DNA of 63,678 nucleotides, filler included, from Welwitschia mirabilis (lineage: Eukaryota), in assembly GCA_051453625.1 (NCBI GenBank). It is 6 parts of one record of this genome, joined end to end, with 100 filler letters (N's around TTAATTAATTAA, not from the genome) between each part and the next. Parts side by side here need not be neighbours in the genome. Positions count along the whole stretch, not along the records: positions 45,931 to 58,100 come from JBOZIK010000001.1; positions 58,201 to 62,084 come from JBOZIK010000001.1; positions 62,185 to 63,678 come from JBOZIK010000001.1; 3 more parts are not named here. The stretch is one strand, 5' to 3'. Below, piece after piece: positions 53,947-63,678 of this stretch (its first letter is position 1; each line of letters begins with the position of its first letter). Under the pieces are notes generated by a model. The model saw nothing but the letters and a program-made list of their open reading frames with translations. It was not told the origin of the DNA and searched no databases. The translations under genes and the position numbers were made by a program.

Positions 53947-56930
53947 ATGGTAAATAGCATCAAAGGCAAATACACTCGTGAAAAACATTTTTTTGAAAAA
54001 GCAATCAAAGAAGGTTTAGTGAACTTTAATTCAATAACTTGAGGTGAGGAAAAATAATTTAATTCTTTAATTGAGTAAGACGATTATTCTGCATTTACTA
54101 TTTCTTATTCGCATACTTCTAAGTCTTTGAAAATTTTTGAAAATCAACCAAGTTCTACTAAAAATCTTGCCTCTCCTCTTTTGCCTAATCATCTTAATAC
54201 TCTTACCTTTATGACATCCAATAAATCTTCACTCAAAATATTAGGATTTCTAAATTTAAATGTTACTTTAAAGGATATGTTAGCCAATAAAAAGAGGAAA
54301 CTTCAAAATTCATTTGACCTATCCCCTGGAGATGATGTAGAGTTAAAAAACTTAAATGCCTATCTTACTTTTTCTGAAGAATCTAATGAAGACCCATTCC
54401 AACACATATCCAATATTGAAAAACTCATCCTTACTTCAAGAAATGGAAAAATTAAAATTTTAGATAGGACCTACGTGATTATCTTTCCATTTATTTTGAA
54501 AGGAAAAGCGAAAAATTGGCTTAAAACCATTTTATATAGAAGTCTTAAGTCATGGAATCATGTACAAGAAGTTTTTATCAAAAGGTTAATGAATGAAATA
54601 GTCAAGAGGATAAGAAGAAAAGAAGTAATAAATTTCAATCATACACTCATAAAGGTATTCCTTAACATATGAAAGATTCTTGATTTCCATGTCATCCAAC
54701 CCAGTGAATGAATTTGAAAAACAAGAACTTATTAATCACTTCTATAGCGAATTGAATAGATAAACTAGATAGATGGTAGATTTTTTATGTGGTGGAGATT
54801 TATTCAATGTAACCTTAGATAATGCTTGGAACTTATTATAAGACCTTATATAAATAAGTCAAAATTGACCAAAAACTACATGTAAAGATACTAGAACTGT
54901 AGGTGAAATGCTTAGAGACTCAAAAAAGTGCAACATGAAGAAGAAGAATCAAAGTTTAACACCCTACTTAGTGATCTTACTAGTACATTGGAGAGTTGTA
55001 CAAAAGCTTTAGCTTATGAAAAATTACTGAATCAGCTCAACCATTGTGAAATATGTGATGAAAACTATCACTCTACTAAGGGATGTCCAACTTTACCAAC
55101 TTGTAAAAAGGACATATTAAATAAACTTTATGCATTCAATCAAAGGTCAAACAACTTTGGAGAAAACCAATAATACCCACCAAGAAATAATTAACCTTTA
55201 ACATCTTTCCAACCTTTATTTGACAACAAATATAGAAGTTATAACTCTCAACCAATTTTCCCAACTATAACAAAAATGATTCTTATAGAGAAATGATGGA
55301 GGAACTCAAAAAGACACATGATACCACCAATGAAATCTTAAAAAATTAGAATAAAAACTTAGAAAACTTGATTGGACTTCTTTAACAAAACATGCTAGAT
55401 AATCAAAGACCTTAAGGATCACTTGCCACTCAAACTATTCCAAACTCAAATGATGTAAAGAAAGATTGGAAAGTAGTAACAAGAAGTGGACATGATAATA
55501 CTCATCATAAAAAATCTTCAACTTCTATCTACAAAGAAAAGAAAAAATCTCAAGAATATGATATTGAAATTCTTGATCAACTGAACTTTCCTAAATCCAA
55601 CAACAACAACCAACATCCCAAGGCGAAGACTATCGCATGGCTAGAAAGATTAAACAATAATCCAACTTATAATGAATATTTGAAAGCAATTATGAATGAT
55701 GTTATTATCAATCTATCCTTTTGGATGATCCTTCAAAACAATACCAAGTACAACAAAATTTGGAAGGACTTAGTAAAAAGAAAACAAAAGAGGGTAATTC
55801 CAAGTAAAGTATTCATTGCATAACCTCTTTTCAACTTAGCTTCTCAAAAATGTCCTAAGTTTAAAGACCTAGGGGTAGCCACTATTGGTGTTATTTTAGA
55901 AGAAAATAAAAAAATCAAGAAATCTCTAATAGACATAAGAGAAAGTGTCAATATTATGCCTTTACACATTTGTAAAAACTTCGACTAAAAAGAAGAACTA
56001 AACCTATCAAAATAGTGTTGGAATTAGTTGATGCATCAATTAAAAAACCTATAGGAATAATCAAAGATTTAGTGATTCAAATCAAGGAAGCTTTCTACCC
56101 TATATATGTGGTCATTATAAAGGTTGAACATAATGGAGGATATCCTCTACTTTTAGAAAGAGCCTTTTGTGCAATATCCCATTGTGTCATTGATACTTAC
56201 ATGAGGATGATGGAATGTCATATAGGCAATAAAAAGTTTAGTATCAAAGTATTCGATGCCATTGAAAAATACATGGAAGAAGAATTAAACATAGAAGAAA
56301 AAGTTAGGTCATATATGTTAGTTCAACATCATCCTTTAGAAGAAAGGCTCCTTTCATTAACTCTACCTCATTTGAGGATGAGGAAGAATTTTCTATTATT
56401 CTTAAATCTTTAAACTCCTTTAAACCTTGCAATCTCAACTTAGATCTTTTTAACCACTCTTTCAATAATGATTTTCATGAGGACTTTAAACTCATACTTG
56501 ATCATATTATCTAACATGTAAGATCCGTTAGAAATCTTTTACATCAAGATGGGTGTTCTATGAATAATGAAAATAATCTTCAACTTAAAGACTTATCTAA
56601 TGGCTTGAAATACATGTTCTTAAATAATAGTCTAAATAAGTCATTGATCATTAGTTCTCAACTTCACCCTTCCCAAGAGAAAGGCTTACTTAATCCTATC
56701 ATTAAGCTAGTAATCAAGGACAAAATTACTAAACTTATAAACACAGGTCAATTTCTGTTTTTGCGTAATATTCAAGTACATCCTATACATAACAAGCTAA
56801 CCTCTAAATGTCTTGGTTCTTATCATGTAAAAAGGGTACATTCTAATGGCTCTGTTGAGATCTCTAATCTTCAAACTCTAGAAATCCAAAGAGTAAATTG
56901 ACATAGCTTAAATCTTTATACATCTCCAAA
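53947..56930 (+). pseudogene. Athila-like gag-protease with internally deleted pol
   Basis: Gag IFPFILKGKAKNWLK and CEICDENYHSTKGC; KFKDLG; protease LIDIRESVNIMP; linker LQLKDLSNGLKYMFL; integrase tail SNGSVEI...QRVN. Confidence 0.9.
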
Positions 56931-57215
56931 TGATTATTAATTATACCTTGAACATGATAGAAGCAGTTAACTTGGAAGATCCTCTTTGCAAAAATGAAGA
57001 TCTTCCCTTGGCCATCTGCTAAATTCTTTCTTAGCTTTCTTTCTTGGTTTAAGTTATGAGACTAATTGATCATCTTTAACTTGATCTATGTTTGACTTCC
57101 ATAGGTGTTACCATGNNNNNNNNNNNNNNNNNNNNNNNNNNNNNNNNNNNNNNNNNNNNNNNNNNNNNNNNNNNNNNNNNNNNNNNNNNNNNNNNNNNNN
57201 NNNNNNNNNNNNNNN

Positions 57216-58100
57216 AATGTCCTAAGTTTAAAGATCCAGGGGCAGCAACTATTGGTGTTGTTTCGAAAAAAAATAAGAAAAACAAAAAAGCTCTAATAGA
57301 CATAGAAGCAAGTGTCAATATTATGCCTTTGCACAATTGTAAAAAAGCTTAGATTAGAAGGAAGAGTTAAACCTACTAAAATAGTATTGGAATTAGCTGA
57401 TGCATCAATTAAGAAGCTTAAAGGAATAATCAAAGATTTAGTGATTCAAATCAAAGAAGCTTTCTACCCTATAGATGTGGTCATTACAGAGGTTGAACAT
57501 CATGGTGAATACCCTCTACTTTTAGGAAGAGCCTTTTATACAATAGTCCATTGTGTCATTGATACTTATATAGGGATGATAAAATGTCATATAGGCAATA
57601 AAACATTTAGTATTAGAGTATTTAATGCCACTGGGAAAGACATGGAAGATGAATTAGACATAGAAGATAAACTAAAATCATCCATGTTAGTTCAACATCA
57701 TCCTTTAGAATAAAGGTTCCTTCCATTACATAACTCTACCTTGTTAAAGAATGAGGNNNNNNNNNNNNNNNNNNNNNNNNNNNNNNNNNNNNNNNNNNNN
57801 NNNNNNNNNNNNNNNNNNNNNNNNNNNNNNNNNNNNNNNNNNNNNNNNNNNNNNNNCAACATCATCCTTTAGAATAAAGTTTACTTACATTACATAAATC
57901 TACCTTATTAAAGAATGAGTAAGAATCTTGTATTTTCTTAAATCTTTAAACTCCTTGAATCCTTGTAACCTCAAATCAAGTCTTTTAAATCACTCTTCTA
58001 ATGATGGTTTTCATGAGGACTTTGAACCTCTACTTGATCATGATATCCAATATATAAGATCCATTGAAAATCATTTACATCAAGATGGATGTTCTACAAC
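57216..58100 (+). pseudogene. Second copy of the Athila protease region
   Basis: CPKFKDPG, ALIDIEASVNIMP and PLLLGRAF. It is a diverged duplicate of 55849-56560. Confidence 0.9.
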
Positions 58101-58200
58101 NNNNNNNNNNNNNNNNNNNNNNNNNNNNNNNNNNNNNNNNNNNNTTAATTAATTAANNNNNNNNNNNNNNNNNNNNNNNNNNNNNNNNNNNNNNNNNNNN

Positions 58201-59562
58201 GAGAAGGTTGAGGTTGTACGTGTTGTAATTGGACTAGTGATTGGTTGAGGTGGATAGCTTGGTTAAGAAGGTTAAGCTAGTTGAGAAGTTTGATCAACTA
58301 CTACTATATTCTTTGAATTGTTCACTTTGTTATTGTTGTTATCATCTTTTCTTATCGATTCACCCTATGAAGTGTTACCATATTTTATGGCACCTTTTTC
58401 TTTACCTACGACTTTGATTCTTTTTGTTAACGTAACAGCTTATTTGAATGTTTCGAATGCTTACATTCTGAGATGTTTAGAGAACTATGGGATGCACGAT
58501 TTGGGAAAGAGATATATCATATCAGAGTCTGCGATAGGGGTTTCTAACTGCAAGGCAGTAACCCTCCATCGTCATGCATAGTCTTAAATCGTTTCGCTAA
58601 ATTATTATCTCATTGTTATTAAAGAGTATAATGTCATTCATTTTGTAATTTTGACTTAGCAGTATTGTACAAACATTTTCAATAGTTGTTTTAGACTTGT
58701 GATACAGTGAGTTAGTAGGCAATGGTATCATCCAAGAGCTTGTCGTCGAAGAGATCGATAAAATAAATGACACGTTGTGTTTCATTCTATATTATACATG
58801 TGAGAAGAGTGTTTAATGTTTCTGACATAGATAATAGGATCTTCAACACTTGTGAATTTTTAGATAATTAAGCATTTCACTAGGAGAGATAATCTTATAA
58901 CGGATAGAAGGGTGAATCAATGTGCTATTGAAATCTGTGTTAAGTTAGTTTTTCTTGGTTTGAAGGCCTCGTTTAATGTCATTGATGGCCTCCCAAAGTA
59001 TGTTAAATTCAGTTGATTGAATTGGAGGTTTTTCACTCTTAGGTTGTTGATTTTTCGGTGGTTCCTTGTCATTTATTTCATATTCAAATAAGTTATCATC
59101 ATCATATTCCTTCTTTAGGATTTGTAGTCTAGGTTTTTATGATGTTTTGGGTTTTTCTTCGCGGCCCCATTTGTTTGCAAATTCTTGGTTTTCATCATAT
59201 TTTTGGGAAAAGGGATCCTCATGGAGAAACTTTTTCTCATCATCTGACAGCACTAACTTCCTAACCGCTAACGATCATATTCTTTTATTGGTATGGGTCA
59301 AGTATCCTTCCCAATATCTTCTATAATCGTTTATAGCACCAAGTTCATCAGGGGTAAAGGTTAAAGGGTGTTGTTGAATGAGTACCTTGTACTCATCTTC
59401 AGAAATGTAGGATTTTTTCTTGTGGGTTGACATCGGCATTATGGTTGTTGGGTGTGATAAGGTGGCAGGCAAAGGTAAAGGGTAAAATGAATATGATTGA
59501 TCAAAAAATGATTTAAGGAAAAATATAAGGAACCTACACGAGGGGCCCTCCTTCTAGCACTA
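58201..59562 (-). mobile_element. Ogre/Tat-like gag relic with PBS
   Basis: PBS tagtgctagaaggaggg (59546-59562) resembles TGGCGCTAGAAGGAGGG. The downstream stop-riddled frame contains KFTSVEDP and FETFK*AVTLTKRIK...KGAIK. Confidence 0.65.
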
Positions 59563-60470
59563 AAACAATTATGATTATTTTTCGTAACTTTGTTACATGA
59601 TGTTTGAGTGTGGATTTGATATGAAAATATTTTGTCACAATTAAAACTATGAGCCAAAAATAATGATAAAGCACAAAAGAAAATTTAATCCCTAATATAT
59701 TGCATAATTGATATTCTATTTTTATTATTTAAAAAAAAGAATTAAGTGTCCTTCACTAGAAATATTGTATTTTTAAATTTTCTAGAAATCTTAACTAAAA
59801 TATTTAATATTTCTTATCAAACTTAAGGACAATGAGTTGAATATGAATCCCTAAATTTTGTGTAACACAATGAAATAATAAAGGAAAAGTGTTTCTATTG
59901 AAAATTAAGATAAATATTTTGAGGACTTTGAGAAATAAGTCATATTTTTATAAGCTAAATAAGAAGTAATAATTACCTTTTAAAATAAATAAAAATAAAA
60001 AACATTAAAAAAGATGTTTGACATTAATCTTATTAACCAAAAAAATGTTCCTAGACAAATAAAAGAACGGTGAAAAACGATTATTTACTAATGAATATAC
60101 AAGCAAAATTTTTGTTTCAGGCTCTGCTTTAACCTATCAGATTAAATTCAAAATTTCAATTTGTCTAAATAACAATGAAGAGATTCAACATTAAAAAAAA
60201 ATAAATAATTTATGTCTTTAGCCTCCCCTTCCTCTGTTCTGACATTGCTGCTGCCACTGTTTGCTGCGTTTCGTTCTGCTATTCATTATGCGTTTTCGTG
60301 ATTTCCTCTTCTAATGTTTTCTGATGCGTGAGGGCTGGCGTCTTGGGTTGTCTTCCAATTTCCTCCACTGCGCGTCTCGCCATCCTCTCTGATGCATCTC
60401 CTTGGTTTTGTGTTTTTGCTTGATGTGTTCTCTTTTTGTCAATGAACTGTTCTGCTCGCCGTCTTTCGTT

Positions 60471-61195
60471 CTAGCGTCTCATTTTTTTATTGTGTTCTTG
60501 CTTGCCAAATATCTCCTCAGGCGAGTCATACACATTCCAATCTAGAAAAATCTTCATGAAATCGTTCTTAACTGAATTCCTCAGCAAGGTATGGGGAAAT
60601 AGCCCCTTCAGTAATGCATGATACAGCGTTTCCTTGGGTGCAGCAGGTGACTTTTCATTTCTTCACACACATTCATAGCATCCGTCGGTGAATCAATCTG
60701 CAAATAACCTCTAACGAGCTCAATATAAGTTTTAATATCTGGTTCTATTCCCTGCTCTATCATTTCCTTCCGAATGTTCATCGCTTCTTTCATCCTTTTT
60801 TTTTTAATTATTATTATTATTATACGTTAGCAAGCATTACGATCATATCTTTGTAGAAATACATATCAGGCTTGTACTGGGACTCTCCTTTGACGACATT
60901 AAAGAAAGCAGGGAAAGAGAAACCTCTTCTTATCTCGGGAACTTAGTTAAAACGGCCGAAAGATCCACCTTCAGAAGCCTAGAGACATGGATTTTGATGA
61001 AATTAGAAAATCTCGAAGGGTTAGGGTCATTTTCCATGCATTTGAGTTCTTGAATTACGAATAGCGCTTCTTTGATCATGACCTTGCAACTTCTCCGGAG
61101 AGCTCCTCTGGGCCTTCAATATGTGGGAGACAGATGGAGTCGTGAGAAAGGAAAGACAAAAAGCTTCAGGCGTTAGCAGTCATAGACAAGGATTT
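60471..61195 (-). pseudogene. THA8L: THA8-like (At3g46870-type) short PPR protein pseudogene
   Basis: RPRGAL, KEALFVIQELK, FIKIHVSRLLKVD, YKPDMYFYKDMIVMLA, KRMKEAM, DAMNVCEEM, LLKGLFP and VYDSPEEIFG. Disabled by a stop (60930-60932), frameshifts and an A/TAA-rich insertion. Confidence 0.9.
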
Positions 61196-61205
61196 NNNNN
61201 NNNNN

Positions 61206-61608
61206 TTTGAGCTGGGTCTACCAGAAAGCTCTCAGAAGTTCATTATTGGAGGATATTGCACCTATTGCTCTTGTGAGGTTTATACAAGTCCTTAGAGTGG
61301 CAATTAATCTATCGAAAACAAGTTCTACCAGTGCTGCATCTAGCGACCAATTATTAGAAAATATTTTTAACGTGTTCATGGAGCATGGGAATTCAAGGTG
61401 TGAGTTAGCAGGAACATCTGAAGTCTCTGGTTCTTTTTCAAATGAGTTCTTTGAAACCACTCTTTATAGCTTCATCTACCGGTGTTTATATCATTATTCC
61501 AAAGTTTGCAAGCATGCTGTAGTGGCCTGGTATCGATTGTTACTGATAAACCTTGCTTTAGTAAACTTGAACTAGCTTCCATAACTGAATCTGCTTCGCT
61601 AGACTCAG
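61206..61608 (-). pseudogene. Unidentified host-gene-like coding fragment
   Basis: Two near-contiguous protein-like frames (VLSESSEADS...LQHACKLW and SLDAALVELVFDRLIATLRTC...LLRAFW) with gene-like composition. I do not recognise the family. Confidence 0.45.
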
Positions 61609-61865
61609 AAAGTACGATGTCAGTGAAGATGGCGCCCCTGTTAATGCTCCACCAACAAGCACATTCTTCCAATCATGGACACCACACGCTTCATCATGTT
61701 ATACGTAGCTTCGGAGTAAACACCAACAACTAGAGCCCACTGTAAGGATTGCTTTTCCATGTCTTGAACCATGTTCTTAACAGAGGCGCGGTTGATGAAG
61801 GCCTGTGGGCGAGCTCCGCAGACGCAGTTTCATACAACATGGGACTACCACATAAGCCTTTCTGG
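61609..61865 (-). pseudogene. OEP16: OEP16-like (Tim17/22 family) plastid outer envelope pore fragment, intronless
   Basis: KQSLQWALVVGVYSEATYNM/[1-nt frameshift]/EACGVHDWKNVLVGGALTGA matches OEP16-2 KESLQWGLAAGLYSGITYGM...HDWRNSAVAGALTGA. Confidence 0.85.
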
Positions 61866-62184
61866 ATGAGTTGAAACTTTTTATTTTGATTAATTAGTTG
61901 CTAATAATTGAGCTTATTAGCCCTAAAATGAAACGTGTTTAGCAACTCCGAACTATTGCCACTTTGTAAGACAAAAGAGCAACAAAAACGATTAGAAACA
62001 GCAAACCAGAAATTCAAGTGGCTCATCCACATGATTGAAAAATAGACGTACAACAGTGAAAGATTAATGTGAAAGCTTTAGAGTNNNNNNNNNNNNNNNN
62101 NNNNNNNNNNNNNNNNNNNNNNNNNNNNTTAATTAATTAANNNNNNNNNNNNNNNNNNNNNNNNNNNNNNNNNNNNNNNNNNNN

Positions 62185-63091
62185 TAAAAAGCATAAAAGA
62201 CATCTGTATCATAAAGTAGTCATTCCTCCATGGAGGATACACTGCCCAACACCAAGGTAACAAGATGGTTCTCCGATCCCAAGATCTCCTATCACGAGAA
62301 TGTCAGGTACTGTTGAAGATGATTAGAAATCGAGGAGAAGACATTTATTTATAGACAAAAAAGAAATGAAAACTAACAGAGAAGTAGAAGAAAAACCCTA
62401 GCTAACATGTAAAGTAAAGTCGCAAAGAAGTGGCGACAACTCGGGAAAACATTTGGTAAAAATGTGAGAGAACAATATCATCCTTCTGGTTGTCTAGATG
62501 AAGTAGGAAATGATGGAGACTGACAATGAGATGTCTGTTTAGCTTCCAGTTTAACTTCTTATGATCTACATGTAAACTTGTTATCTCCCTGTTTGAGATG
62601 TCATCCATTAGTAACATCCAGACGATTATGTGGATGACAGACTTTTGTCAATATTTAGTTAGTCTGATCACATATTATTTGCAGAAATCATTATCTAAAA
62701 ATACAATTTATATATATCTGCATGAAATGCTTGTAATTTATCTTGAAATTGCATGTNNNNNNNNNNNNNNNNNNNNNNNNNNNNNNNNNNNNNNNNNNNN
62801 NNNNNNNNNNNNNNNNNNNNNNNNNNNNNNNNNNNNNNNNNNNNNNNNNNNNNNNNAGATTTTTGTCAATATTTAGTCAGTCTGATCACATATTATTTGC
62901 AGAAATCATTATCTAAAAATACAATTTATCTATATCTGCATGAAATGCTTGTAATTTATCTTGAAATTGCATGTTTTCATTGTCTTCATCTCGAGTCTTG
63001 ATTATCATAAGAATTAAGCATTTATCTATTAATTCACTTGCAAAACAACTCATAATACCTTATCAAATACACATAAGTTGGCAGCGCAACA
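62185..63091 (-). mobile_element. Athila-like LTR (partial)
   Basis: Minus strand starts TGTTGCGCTGCC. Bases 62185-62310 match the reverse complement of ~12050-12180. Confidence 0.75.
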
Positions 63092-63678
63092 CTCTCCATT
63101 TTTACTCTCATAATTTTTGTATTCTGAACTTGATAATCAAGTAAGCTATACCTAGAAATTGCCAATGTCAAATGAATTATGTGATAATAATGAAAGGATA
63201 CAATCTACTTAAGAATTACTCCTATATAAATATTGATAATGCAAATGGACTATGAAATAACAATGAAAAAATCAAAACTAATTTTAGTGCCAGTCCTATC
63301 CAAATATTGCTAATCCTAAATGACTTTATGCATTAACAATGAAAGGTTTTAAACTAATTTTTTTAAAAACTAAAATGTATATATATTACATTAAATGGAA
63401 AGGTGAAAAAGAAAACTCCTTAACTAGCCTTGGATCATTCTATCCCCAATAAAAGTTATAAGATGTTACAACTCATACTTGGGTTGGACTTAAGAAGTAC
63501 ATAAAACACGGTAATTTTTTTAAAAACAAAATTTAATTTCAAGATATGATTAAACATTGTAGTGGATTAATTAGTTTTTAACTAAGAGACTTACCTCTCA
63601 GTCACCCACAGGATACATCTTAGGAGAACTATATCAGGATAGCTCACCTGATTATTGTCACATCCAAACTTAGGGTTA

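Overview
This is AT-rich, heavily gapped, repeat-dense land-plant nuclear DNA; the species cannot be identified from the sequence. It is not one contiguous locus. Five identical 100-nt spacers (44 N + TTAATTAATTAA + 44 N) join six separate scaffolds: 1-20061, 20162-40426, 40527-45830, 45931-58100, 58201-62084 and 62185-63678. Most of the sequence is nested, decayed transposons: Athila-like Ty3/gypsy (several LTRs, gag/protease/RT/integrase relics, extra ORFs), Tekay-like chromovirus, Ty1/copia, an Ogre/Tat gag, an L1 LINE, a CACTA end and a foldback MITE. Host-derived sequence is limited to a probable first coding exon of a coiled-coil gene (39236-39499), a GONST3-like transporter pseudogene present as tandem partial copies, and a co-oriented cluster of intronless gene fragments (OEP16-like + unknown + THA8-like PPR). 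I see no intact novel multi-gene system. The best leads are the chimeric gene-fragment cluster, PBS relics embedded in Tekay LTR ends, an exactly reconstructable nested insertion, and a doubly in-frame-deleted Athila element. All family assignments come from motifs recognised by eye, not from database searches.
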